A stretch of DNA of 64,000 nt from Fimbriosthenelais zetlandica. Lineage: Eukaryota. Each line of letters starts with the position of its first letter. Position 1 is the first letter of the stretch. The position numbers were made by a program, and so were the translations under genes. A model generated the notes under the pieces. That model was not told the origin of the DNA. It did no database searches and saw nothing but the letters and a program-made list of their open reading frames with translations. Below are positions 13,185 through 26,215 of this stretch, one piece after another. The stretch covers positions 15,562,001-15,626,000 of the forward strand of contig OZ365114.1 in assembly GCA_977030845.1 (NCBI GenBank), in the 5' to 3' direction.

Positions 13185-14296
13185 CTGAAACGAATGAAAA
13201 AACAACCAGCAACTGCAATTTACAATGAATATGAAATCTTTAAGATGTTTAAACTAGAACAAAACAAAGGTTCTAACCGTCTATTGTATACAAATTCCAC
13301 AGAAAAGAAACCTACAAAATCTTGTATCTTAAGTAGTAAAACCATGGACTAGAGGCATTAAAAGGTTTCCTTCTTTCTCTGAAAGGTGTTCCATGTAGCG
13401 ACGTTCTGGATAATAATTACTCAGTGATTGCGATTCTTTCAAATTGTGGTACTTTGAACAAAGCCACACAGTAGTGTATAAGACGGGAACTGGAGGCATA
13501 TATATATGTATAGGCATTATTGGAATACTTCCTCCACTGCACCTCCGCCTTCCCATCACCAAATACATTGGCTTGGAGAAGAATGCAAATGATGCAAGAA
13601 GAGTTGCTTTTCTGTATTCCTGAGCTGAGACTATATCAGCCCAAGTAAAATAAGGCAAACTATTCTCCGTCAATTGCCTTTTACCACCATAAAAAGGCGT
13701 GGTTGATGGAAAACAAAGAATGCTCAATTCGTTTGCCCATTGAATAGCAATATAAGTCATACAGAATAGTATAAGTATAGCATATAGTACCAGTAATGTG
13801 GTATTATAATATGATACCATATTTCTATGTTTACCTGTTGTTTTATCTAATGGTTCATTGCCTTATAGAAAGTAATTAAATGTCAGTGTAGATTCAGATG
13901 TGGACATCAACTGTCTTTAAATTAGCATCATCTTCCAATTTATATGCCATCTTGTAGTTGCTTCCTCGCTAACTCCCGCCTTGTATAAGTCATCATCATA
14001 TTAGACTCGGAAAGGAAATTTTTATTGGAATGTTGGAGCAGTTGCTACCTCGGGCAGGAAGCCAGGGCCGCTTCTGATTAGGCAATATCCTCTCAGAGGG
14101 CAATCTGGACGGTTTGAAGATGGCTCAAGATTCCTGACGGCTCGTCTAAGAACTCTGTAATATAGTCTGAAAACGTAGCCACTACCTTGGCAGAGAGTCT
14201 GTAGTCACTCTTCAGTGGCCAAATTCTTAAATTTCACCGTTAACCATTCAACATACTTTTGTCTTTTCTTTCTCCGTTTCTCTCGGATCTTCATAT

Positions 14297-14358
14297 CTCC
14301 TTTCCTCCCTCCCTGCCTACCTCTCTTTCTTTCTTTCGCTCTCTCTCTCTCTCTCTCT
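14297..14358 (+). repeat. Polypyrimidine tract ending in (CT)10 microsatellite
   Basis: Pyrimidine-rich run with (CT)10 at 14339-14358. Confidence 0.9.
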
Positions 14359-16599
14359 GAAGTTAAAATGTGATTTGTATGTTGAAATAATTATTGGCGA
14401 AGCATATTGAAAATTGAACATATGATAAATGTAAATTTTAGATACACATTATATGTGTGTAATTGTGTGGCCACCATGCTGAGCGAGAAGGATTTATTGG
14501 ACAGGCTGAGAATAAAGGGAGCATCCGATGATCCAGCTCCCAATAAGTAGTATATAAATGGGCGAGTGGGCCAGGAAGCCCAAGTCTAATGCAGACAGCC
14601 ATTTCCTGGCCTTCCCTAACAAATCAGCCACAACACGTCACCACCAGGGATGGGTAGCACCACAGCAAATTTGTTCCAGACTTTTGATTGCTTGATGGCC
14701 AGTGCGAATTGGCACATGCATGACAATAGGGATTTGTTAGTGGGTTGAACCCAAATCGAAAAAAGTCACGGAGCGGGCCAGGGTCAGTGAAGTGGGTGGC
14801 CAGAGGGGTATAAACATTCCAGCAACAGAGTATGTGGTCTGTGTAACACCAATTTAGACTGCATTGGCTGGGAACGTCATTACATTGCATACAGCATCAG
14901 GTGTAGCTTGGCGAGGACTGGCCTGACCCATCCAATAGAGCCACAGTCCCATTACACAGTGGCATAATGTGCCTTGGCACCAGCAACATGTGCTCATGAC
15001 AGAATTCCTATTTGGAATAGACCAAAGCCTGTGATGATGGGCATAATTGCATGCCGCGATATGTTCCTTCGTCTTTCCATCTCGATCTCGGGCAGAGTCA
15101 TACGTAGTGTAGAGTGCTCAATGGCTGGTGTTAAGGCATTCCAATAGAAAATGAAATTAAATGCTTTAAATTTCCGCAAAAATATTGATATAGGATTCAG
15201 GTCTACGTCATTGCAGTATAGAAATGCAGTATCGAAATGGCTAAGATTCACAAATTGCTATGATAATTCTTTTAAAGAAAATCCAGAGATGAATGTAAAC
15301 TTGTACTGGCGAAGATTGAAGGCCAGAGTCAAAAAGCTGGTAGATGTCCAGTGTGTCTTGATTTTCTTTTGACTAAAACACTGCCAAGGGAACCATACAC
15401 AAAGCACCTTCCCTTATATGTTGCACTGATGCCTGGCAAAAAAGTTGAGGTGTCTCGAGCATTATAGTTGCCAGAACCTGAGTTTGCCAACAAACTGTCC
15501 CCAAGCTTCCAAGTTTTACTGGTATGCTAATCGTAACTCAAAATTTGTGTTTTTCTTTCAGCTAATGACAGTTATGGAGAAATGAATATCATACCAAAAT
15601 GCTAAGAACAATAAGAGTATTGTTTAGCATTTACCATACCACTATTTACCTTCCACCAGTTTATGTTTGTGCATTAAAAAACAAAAAGCAGCTTAGATGT
15701 ACCACAGTGGGACACGCCCATCACTGCCACGTTTGTTGCAACAATTTGATACACCATAATACTGTGCATACTTAACTGATTCAAGAGAGTTCTGTTTTCT
15801 AAATGTTGTGGTTCTATAATCTTTTGCCAAGTAAGACACCAGGAACTTTGAGCACTGTAGGATGCTGTAACCATGGAGCAAGTTATGGTCAATTGTGTGT
15901 GGTATGGTGAGCATGACCTTAAAAGAACTGACCAGAGTGACCCACAATAGTGGTCAAGCCTGTCAATGACCGACCCCTCCTTCCTTATTGTGCGGAGTGA
16001 CGTGTGTGAAATAGGAGAAGAGCTATCTCTGCGAACATCAGAATACAATGAGATGCTATCATCAGCTTAGAAGATTGGGGTCTGCACCCAGGATAGGTTT
16101 CTTTCTCTTCCCTTGTCTTACCCTCCCTCATATTCTGGCTTCATCCCCAGTCCACCAAACTCCATTGTGTTCGCATTCTCAAGGTTTCCGAGGTTGCACA
16201 TGATGGAATGCATCATCATTATGATTTTGTTCGTCTCATCTAGGCTAGTGTTGGTTGTTGGTTGATTGGCTTGGTGCAGTCACATTCCTTATGAAGCTGT
16301 CTATATATTAAAACCAAGACAACACGGTGAGTGATTACCTATATGTTTTATGAATGCTTCGTGTCGAGAGATTCACTCTAGAAATAGAAGATAAAAATAC
16401 TAGGATGCAGAGCTTGTTTTTTTCAGCAATACTCTCTCGCTTCTGGTTTAATTTCCCTCCGGACCAAATTACTGAGAGCAATCTACGGAAACGCCGCTCA
16501 AACTTCAATGTGGTCATAAATAGCAGCAGCTCTGATTTGTTCATACACTGCAAGTCACTGTCATACATATAGACCTAAATGTACTGTCACTGTTCTTGC

Positions 16600-16885
16600 T
16601 TTAGCTTCTTCTTCTTCTTGCTCTTTCTCCTTGCTCTTCCTTCTTCCTCCTTGCTCCTTCTCCCTCTTTGCTCCTCCTTCTTTGTTCCCCTTTGCTCCTC
16701 CTTCTTTGTTCCCCTTTGCTCCTCCTCCCTCTTTGTTTCTCCTTGCTTCTCCTTGCTCCTCCTTCCTTCTTCTGCCTCCTTCCTCTTTGCTCCTCCTTAC
16801 TCCTTCTTACTCCTTCTTCCTCCTTGTTCCTCCTTACTCCCTGTCTCCCCTCCTTTGCCCTTCTTCTCCATCATTTCCCTTCTTG
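16600..16885 (+). repeat. CT-rich low-complexity tract with internal 24 bp tandem repeat
   Basis: About 285 bp almost purely C/T with sparse G. Unit CTTTGCTCCTCCTTCTTTGTTCCC occurs about 2.5 times at 16666-16726. This explains the overlapping L/S/P/F-rich ORFs in the track. Confidence 0.95.
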
Positions 16886-16964
16886 TCAATGGCCTGAACT
16901 CTAATATTGTGCAGTGCTCTTTCTTTATAACTGCATGTAATTTAGCGTGATGGTTAGAAATGTA

Positions 16965-17101
16965 CAGTGAGCATTTACTAACTACATAATACTGACATAC
17001 GTAGGACAGCTGATTTAGATGGAAATGCAGTGTAGTTTGGGGTCAGGTATTCAATTCTTTAATGGGTTGTTTTCCCACAGTGAATGTCAAAAGTCAATGT
17101 C
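16965..17101 (+). repeat. Direct repeat, copy 1 (pairs with 18172-18297)
   Basis: Aligns over ~130 bp with 18172-18297 at roughly 80% identity by eye, with two small indels. It includes an exact 28-mer CCCACAGTGAATGTCAAAAGTCAATGTC (17074-17101 = 18270-18297). Confidence 0.9.
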
Positions 17102-18171
17102 CTAGTATTATGTCTCCAGCTCTTCAATTTTACTTACCCACTTTATGCCTTGCTTCTAAAAGGCACAATAGTTCAATGTCTCTCCCTGGTAGAATCACAT
17201 AACTACACACACCCACCTCTTACTCTACCAATAGCAATTACTTCCTCACTTGTATGCAAAGGGAGATAGCAGCAGTTTCTGCAGCACAAAATAGATCTCC
17301 TAACTTGGGAGTGCCACAGCATCCAAATAGCAGTGATTAATTAGCAAATTAGTTTGATCCATCAACCTGATTGCCATTAGCTTCAGAGATCAGACGTTTT
17401 AAGTAAAGACTCTGGGGTCCCTTATATAGCTGTGGAAAAATACATTAAAATCATACTCAAAAGTTGGGAGGCACAACCTCTTAGGGTTTAGACTTTCATG
17501 CCATTCTTCCAGTTGCAAAGTATTCTCTGTACCATCCCTTGCTGCTTTCCCATCTATCCCATGCACTCTGATGCTTCCCTTGCTCACCCCCTGTTCTATG
17601 TTTTACCAATACCATTTCTCCCACCCATATTCCAGCTTCTTCTCTCGTCTTTCCTTCCCTCGTGGATCCTACTATTTTATGCTTCCATTCTGAGCTTGTC
17701 ATTAGCAAATTACCCGTGATACATCTACTCAATTAGTCAGGGGTGAAGGATGGGGAGTGGAAGAGACAGCAAGCTGACTGCTAATCTGTAATTCATAAAC
17801 ACACAAGCCAGGGTACTCCACCCAGCTCACCTGGACAAGTCCCATTTGTGCACCGGATTCATCAGAACCTGTATGGACCCCCTCTTCCTTCATAATATTA
17901 TCCTATTAATTATCAAACCAGGACGTCTTCTATTAGGCAATGACATATAGCAGCCATATGCAATATGCGTATCACTACATATATATATACCCTACTCTGT
18001 ACTCTCGCCCAGATGATTCTCAGCAGAATATTGCGTCGCTGAGATGCTTAAGTAAATAATTGAAAGGATGGCATGAACCATTTATACATCAGCCTTGGTT
18101 ATGGAAGTCTTCAAAAAGAAGAGAAAATGTCATGGCGAGAAGTATTGCGCACTATTTAGTTTAAAAACTTG

Positions 18172-18297
18172 CAGTGATCATTTACTAACTACTGACATAA
18201 AAGAGCTGATTTACATGGACATGCACTGTCGTGTTGGGTCAAGTATTCACCTCTTTAATGGGTAGTTTGCCCACAGTGAATGTCAAAAGTCAATGTC
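18172..18297 (+). repeat. Direct repeat, copy 2 (pairs with 16965-17101)
   Basis: Same alignment as copy 1; offset 1196 bp at the exact 28-mer. Confidence 0.9.
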
Positions 18298-20939
18298 TTG
18301 GTAATATATGAAGGTCAATTGTCCAGTTGATGAATGAAGGCCCGAATAGAAGCAAAACATGTAGGAGTACAACCATACTGAGGTAAATGCCCAGTCCTGG
18401 GGGGCCTGATTGCCCTATAATATAAGGAACATGCTTCTGTACTATAATTATGATAGACTCTAGTTTTTAAATGACTTCTTTTGTATAGAGATATCATGTC
18501 TTTTTTCATGGGAAAAGTAATCGTGCACTAAAACAGCACCCATCCATTTTTCAGAAATAAAGCAGTATGTCCATATTCTATAATTATAGTGGATATGTTA
18601 TCAATTTTGGACTCCTTGTTATCTCTTCCTATAGAAGGGAAGTAACACGGTCGAGTTTGTTATAAAAAATGGTATATATCTCTATCACTTGACAGAAAGT
18701 GCAGGAAAGTTGGCTTTTCATTGCCTTCTGCAATATAGAGTGAGTATTTGTACTGTACTTTATGTACTTAGTGTGGCAGTGGCCTGGCCTTTATAGCTGG
18801 CCTGTCAGACCTGACAGAGATGCATGGGGAGGGTTAGCATCTCCATATGCTCTACATGATAGATATTTTATCCTGTATGAGAAATGATCATGTACCATCA
18901 CTGGCTATGATGGATCTGCTGATCTGAAGTCTGCCATTCTATTCTCTTTCGCCTTTCATACTGTAGACCCTCCATCTATGCATTCTTCCTACTCCGCCTC
19001 CGTCACCCCATGCAGCCCTCCTTCCATATTCGTGTGTTATATATTATAGGGCGTACACACTTGTGCATATCGTATACATTGTATGCCATCAATGAAATTT
19101 TCATTTATTCATATGGAGAGCATTGTACAAGCAGATTGGCAGTATTCCAAATCTGATGTGTGTTGCGTTATCAAATCAACGTTATCAAGTGCAACTGATT
19201 TTAATGTAATTTTCCCCAAGTTCTGTGTTTTTATTCTCTGTATTTCCACAGCTGCTCAATTATCGCATAGCTTGCCTTTGTGTGAACACTGCACAAGCGA
19301 AATACTAAACCTGACCCATCAAAGGCTTCCACCTTCCCTATTCCATCCTCCCTTCATGTTTGCACTGGCTGAAGCATGAGATTATAATAAAACACTAAAT
19401 CACTTTTCATCACACACCCACTCACGCCTCTCCACTCCCTCCTATAGTCATTATTAATATACAGGGTATTAAATAACAGCAAACATGCAATATTCAATTG
19501 AACCATCAGCGTAGATATAGGCCCATGGCCTTGTAGAATGGCTTACTTACAACGAGACAACCTGTCATTCCACACTCATACGGCTCCCATTAATTAGATA
19601 TATTGTTTGAGCTTTAATTGCTGGCCGCATAGATGGGGACTACTTTAGAATTTTATGCCCTAGGTGCCTGTACAATCTTGTTCCATACTCCCTGCAAGGG
19701 GACTAGCACAGTAAGTTAAGCTTCCCCCGGGCTAGCTGACGATCATTTTATGCTCGTTCTGAATTAATTAGGCTTTTACATCCACTGCCCAAAAGCTCTA
19801 CGCCCAAGAAATGTCTTAATAGGATATTATGAAAGTTCGGTTGGTTCCCTCCATATGATTGCTTATTTGAGATATTATGTCTGAATATCCCAGTGATTAT
19901 ATCTGACTTACAACAGTGGGTCATCCAGTTGCAATATATGGGTTCATTGGCACATAATTGAAATTGATGTCCAATGTATGAGGTGTTGAGTTAGAGGGGC
20001 TTTAGGTTATAACCGTCATACACAACTACACGAATTGACGCCTTCTTGTCATCAGATCTGTATAGCACCTCTTTCACGGGCAAAAGCCATAGGAAAAACC
20101 ATCCCAATGAGAAGCTGAGTTTTAATTGTGTTCCTCGCCCCATGGTCATAAAATGGTGGCAGTGGGGAATTTGCTTGGGACTGGAGTGAGATTTGACACT
20201 GAATGTGTTATTAAATCATTCATATCTTCTGTTATCAGCAAGCGTCTGATACACTTCACACTTAAATGCTGTGGGAGTCAGGGCCGGGCGTGTGGGAAGA
20301 AGGAAAGGAAGAGAGTGATAGAAGGAGAGGGACAGGGGACAATGGGAAGGTGAGAACAGAGAGGGAATTATAGAGAACTAGGAACACGAGAGACCCAGGG
20401 AAATGAGATTGTGAAAAGAGTATCATTACAGCGTATCCTTACATCTTCTTCCTGATGTCATGGACATTAGATCCTTTATCGGTCGAAATGTGTACTGTCC
20501 GCTAACTGGCATACTGTTTGCACAATTTCTGCTTGCATTTCATTTCATTGCGTATTTCCATAGTAATTACTTCACAACTGATTCATTTCGGAGGGAAAAC
20601 ATATGATGGAAATCAATGAATTTAATAATAAATATCAGATTCGGACATTATATCACCAGTCTGCACCTTGTAATGTAATTGGATCGGGGATCTGTCTGCC
20701 TCAAATTAATTACCATCTGCCATATGTACTTATGTTGTGAGAGGAAGACATCATTTTGTTATTATTTGGGACATAAGATCACAATATGCAATATAACTCA
20801 TCTGGTTATTGGCAGGTTAGGTTCAATCTATTTAAATTTCAGTAATTATAATATGCCCTTCTAATAACACCTGTTGCTGCGAAATCTGAGATAATAGCAG
20901 GCTCTCACCACTGTATTTCTCTTATTCGTATCCCTCGTT

Positions 20940-21030
20940 ATTCTCTTTCTCTTTTTTAATCTGTCTCTCACTCTTCCTCTCACTCACTCTCTCTCTCCCT
21001 CTACCTATATTTCTCTCTCTCACACTCACT
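20940..21030 (+). repeat. Degenerate (CT)n/(CTCA)n low-complexity tract
   Basis: Pyrimidine-rich ctctc/cactc runs. Confidence 0.8.
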
Positions 21031-22368
21031 AGCCTAAGACATAACACTAACAATCACCTCACAGGCGCCCTATTATCCCACCATTAAATATTCATACTTC
21101 CATATCGGTCTGTGTTCCCCACTTATGCCAAACCACTGCCTCAACCCCCTAGTGGCCATGGCAGAAGTTAATAATCAGAGCGAGTGCCATGACGGGAGCA
21201 CCTCAGCGTTGCCATAGATACAAATGGGCTCATCTTTCTTTGGCTGACCAAACTTCAGCAAAATACATGACAGAATGTTTCGGAGGACTCGATCGTTTCC
21301 TCAGGAGAATTTTATATAAATTGTTTCTATTTCAAGGAATGTGATCCTCTTACTCCTTCTGTTCGCCAGCACCAAATAGATCCTTGCACTTTTTTCTTCC
21401 ACTTTCTCTGATCGCATGACTTTTTTGATGCTGCCACGAAGCGCAGAATATCAATAAATCAGGGGGGATATTGCTCATGAATTTACTCAGCCAAGCGTTC
21501 AGTCCCAAGTTACTATCTACTTTTTTTCATTGTAGGATAAACATTTTACTTTTGGTGTAGTGGGAAATGCAACTGTGAAATATAAAATTAATTTCCCATC
21601 AGGCGCTCCAGAATTGCCAATGGAATGACATCATTATGTGAAACTAACGATGATTAAGAATTGGCGAAGAGAGAAAAGAATGATAAACTATGAGATAAAC
21701 TTTATGAGAGATACTTTATCATAATAAGAGAAACAAACGTATATCGATTATGTCAGACCATGCCATATGCTGGTCATCTTTTAGCATATTGCTTTTGATG
21801 CCCTTTGATGCCCTTTGTGTCTAATCAGTTACTTGTGGCAATATAAAGGGCACTGATATTGAAAGGGGAGATATGGGATTATTCCTTGAATCAGTGGCAA
21901 CCAATTTGGCTTCACTGACCAAAGGTAATACCCCTCCTTTGATGAAGTTTAGACAAACACAACATATTGCAATAAGTGCTTAGCCTTTATTAATTGTTGC
22001 TTACTCTGTTCTATTACACCAAATCACAGTGTTGATTTTGGAGCCTAAACTGGATTGATTCCAGCCCTTATGTCAGTCCCCCTAGGCACCAGGTAATAAT
22101 GTTGCTAAGAGAGTGAAAGGCATCTTAATTTATTGGAATGGCAGTATTGGGGCTCCCCTTGCCTCATACAAGCTTCATACCCCAATTGTGGGATGTTTTT
22201 TCAGACGATAATGTTACCTGTATTTAAACATAACTATCTTTGTGAAACAATGTCTTAGAAGGAACTGTTATTATGAAAGTAAATCTGTCATTGAATTGCT
22301 GATTAGATTTTTGGACCATGAACACAATAATCCATTCTTTCTTTAGGTAATATCCTTCCTCCTTTTGT

Positions 22369-22385
22369 AAAAAAAAAAAAAAAAA
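22369..22385 (+). repeat. Poly(A)17
   Basis: 17 consecutive A; no associated retro-element body or target-site duplication recognised. Confidence 0.95.
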
Positions 22386-25300
22386 GATGTCTTGTATTTT
22401 TCCAAGGATGTTAGCTCATGTTGGCGAACAAAGCTAACCAATAATGTACGCCAGAGGGTAAGGACTATAAAGACTAGCTAAAAGCATATCACAAAGCAGA
22501 TCAAATGCCATTGCCTTACCCCACAAGTCAGAAGGCCTCTAATGACAGTATATTGGAAATAGGAGACAAGCGAAACTGGGGCTCATCACATGGAATATAA
22601 TGACTCGTCAACTGCTTCCGTCAAATTCTGCCTCTGGCGACCCTGGCTTACATTATTCAAGCTGCTTCAACAAAGCTAAAACTAACAAGCACTACATTGC
22701 ATCACCATGTTCTTATAATAATGAACAGATGCTAGACATGCATAGATGTCAGGATTAATGGGACATCCTTGGATAGATAGAGGACGATGAAAGGTTGAAT
22801 GATGGATAACTGGACATTTATATTATCAGAGAATTGCTCGAAGATTTGGCTGGTCAAGTTTAAGATACTCTATGCCTTTGCGAGCAGTTGATTCCTTGTC
22901 TGCAAGGACATGTAGGGACAGATATGAGGATGGAGACCAAAGTTGAGAGATAGAAAGAGAAGGGAGAGATAGATTAAATGAGCATCCATCTTCCCATCTG
23001 CCATTACACTTTTTCCCTTGATGGAATCGACTGCACATATCAGGGACTTGTCTCCCATCACTACAGTTGCACCTCTTTCTTCCCCATAAGCAGGTTTCCT
23101 CGCCAACCATCTATGAATATGCATGTGTCCACTGCAATTTTCTCTCCTCTTTGTCCTGCTTTTTCTCGGCCCCCCATGTAGATGCACATCCGACTAAAAG
23201 CATCAACTCCCCTGTTGCTTCGCCTCGCTCGATCACATTGGTAAGGACAATGTATTGGCGGGATGCCGCATTTCTATCCTCCCATTGTCTCCCATTCGCT
23301 TATAAGCCTCCTCGGGGATTCAATCTCAACACACTACTTGTCAAATGGACGATGCTGTCATTTGCAAACCTCAGGAGAGGCATACCTGTAAATAGAATGT
23401 TGTGGGAGGTGGAAGAGAAGGAAGCAGAGAAGAAAGAAAAAATTGTCTCAGTAGACGAGGCACAGCAGAATCTAAAGGCAGAACATGCAGGAGTAAATTT
23501 CAATATTGCCTGCGTTTTAAAATTCTCACTCTAAACTCTTCTTTGCTTTATCATTTTTTTCTGCTATTAGAGAATTTTGCTTCAATATGAAATGTAGATC
23601 CTCAATTTATTATTGATCTTTTTAGATCCTAAGAATACAAGATGCTAAAAAAAGAGCTGAGATAGGCATGTTACTGAATGAAAACCCCATGAGACTTCTC
23701 CATTGCTGACTTGAATATAATTAGTCTCAGGATAACAGACGCAATAGAATGATAAAATTTCATTAAATCACATCTGAGAGATGTAACAGCAGCCAATGGC
23801 CATCCCCCAAGAAATGGGTTACGAAGAGTTTCTTTTTTTTACCAGCTAACTTTTCTTTGCAAGAGAAAGAATAAAAATCCCAGAAGTTTTCTGTTTAAGC
23901 GTGGAGTGTCCCTCCTCCTCATGTCGGTTTTGAAATCTTTAATTGTTTGCTTCTGCGACTAAACTTCTATCAAATCAAAGTACTTAAAGTTTTGGTCTTT
24001 TTCTATGAGTCCCTTTTGAGTCTAAGAGTCAAATGGAAATTTAAGATCCACGACTCTTGGAGATGTGTTTGCGCTCATTGTGGAAGGGAGTGCCATACGA
24101 GCCGTTCACTTTGGTGGCACGATTAAAAGCCTCACTTGGCTGGAAACAAAAAGGAGGTCTTAAAATACAAACTTTTTATCAAGTCTCACCTCTTTGGACA
24201 ATATTTCTTTTTCTTATTTGACCTTCTTTTTAAATTGATCCACTGTGAACAGATACAGACAGAGGGTACCAATGTCAGAATTACATGAAGACCAAATTCA
24301 TGAACAGCAGCCGACCAGTGAAAAAAATGAATGCATTGCATAGGCCTCTAAAAATGGTCTCTAAAAATGCCCTTGCCAAAATAAACAGTCCAATTCTGCC
24401 CATCATATATATTATACATTACTTAAGCTGATTGCGTTATTAATCAATTGTGACCACATCTTCCCACACAAGCCTTGGGGCATCTAATCGAATTCTATCA
24501 TCACGAATCAAGTTTCTCTTGCATAATAAAGAGCTCTATCTCTCTAAAGGATTTCAATTTGATTAATTTGACACTTTTGCAAAATCTACACAGTTTGATG
24601 CAATCCAGTGTTATTTCTACTGGGTCCAGTACACGCTAAACACCCCTCTGCAACCATAGCCGGGAAAATCCACAGTGGCTTTCAATGCCCAATTTGTATG
24701 CAACAAGTGTTGGACCTGCTCTATGGTCTGGCATTCAAGTGTCATCGGGCTAGTTAGGCCTTGTCTGCAAGGTAATGGGAAGGTATAATTACTCTATTAC
24801 TTGCAGTGATGATGCACACAGAGAGTAGATGATCCATGTGTATTTCCTCTTACAGACCATGGTGGTGATGCCAGCATCACCAACAGAGGTCTCCCTCACC
24901 TTGTCCACCCCCTGGTGACAAAGGAGGGGTGACATCACACACTGACGTCCTTCCCCTCTACCCTCGTATATACCACTACAATAGATTGACCCAGCCATCA
25001 CCTCTTGCCTTATTATTCCTGTCCGCTATACAAATCACCTAAACAGAGCTTATTTGCATAATCAAGTAAGATAGGAGGATGTGTCCAAGCAGCAAGTCAT
25101 TAGTTCTTATGAGATAATGGGGCGTGTCAGGCCGCAGGTGATTTTGTGGATCTGAAATGAATACTATTTTTTGAGCCAATGATTGTTCTCAAAATCTTTA
25201 ATAATGACTTGTGTTTACATTTAAGAACACGTTATTAAACCAGATGAGTAATTTGTGCAGTCAATAATGAAACTTTTTTGTTGTTGAATACACATTTTAA

Positions 25301-25984
25301 CTGTTGTACTAATTATATCGCAGGTTTAGAAGCCTCTTTGTCCTGGACCATCTCCGTCTTAAATAAATTATCACGCACTATATGAAAGAACGATCTCCCA
25401 TATTTATCATATTTATACATCGCTAAATGGTCTAAGGTATGTTTCCTATATATAGACCTATAGCAATAGGATTGTATGGAGATATATAATTCCCTTCTCA
25501 CCTTGCTTTGGTAAATAATTTCCTGACAATTTAGCATGAAGAGAATGATCCATGCAGGGGTGCTGATTTGTTTGTATTATCTTTTCAAAACATTCCTCAT
25601 CTATTTCAATTTGAACTAAAAGAGATGAACTCGGCTCAGATTTTTATTACGCATCCATTTAAGATGTCAGGGCTCTATATTTGTGTAATTTATCCGTCCA
25701 ACCCAGGGGACCCGGTTTAAATTGTTCTCAAACATTGCCCTCCTCTTGCCCATGCATCATTTTTCACTCGTAGCCCGAATTCTACTTTTCATTCCCAGGA
25801 AGGAAGGAAGAAAGGGTTGAGTGAATGGACAACTTTTCCATTCTAGTGCAACCGGCTCCCCCACAAGGGAATGGAGTGGGTGGAGGCGCTCCTGACTGCC
25901 CTATAAATCAGGCCTTCTCCTTTTCCGCGATTAATGATGGGATTTTATGATTGGATAGTTTACTCTATAATCATTATGTCCAGA

Positions 25985-26215
25985 TTATGCCCAACATAAA
26001 TCCACTTTGTGCTTATTTAAGTCTTTTTCGCCATTCAAATATGAGTGGAAAAGCTTGGGTGGTGAGAGGCTTTCTTTGTTGTCTCTCGTAACAAAGGAAG
26101 CAGACGAAGCATTTTGTTTGTTGAAAGCTTTAATTGTATTTTTATATGCTCTTTCAATTTCACCCTGCCTCCATGGACCCACCTTTGATGCAGGGAAATG
26201 AATATCAGTTGTCAC
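25985..26215 (-). mobile_element. Possible decayed CR1/L2-like LINE ORF2 linker fragment
   Basis: ORF contains AYKNTIK...PPKLFHSYLNGEK, similar in wording and register to the YK...PKxFxSYIxxK motif between endonuclease and RT. A KEKA motif follows downstream in a shifted frame. No RT core motifs found. Confidence 0.25.

Noticed and set aside
15151-15372. STSLQYRNAVSKWLRF resembling a tyrosine-recombinase core-binding helix
   Set aside because: It is a generic amphipathic helix pattern with no catalytic R-H-R-Y motifs nearby.
22500-22545. TCGVRQ (RT GVRQG-like) on the minus strand
   Set aside because: It is an isolated hexapeptide and the upstream and downstream RT motifs are not in register.
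23090-23385. Exon-like minus-strand frame with LRFAND (RT FADD-like) and one TAA; idea of stop-codon reassignment
   Set aside because: Downstream residues do not follow an RT pattern. Single stops in ~90 codons are common by chance, and the interrupting stops across such frames differ (TAA here, TGA at 44286), so there is no consistent alternative code.
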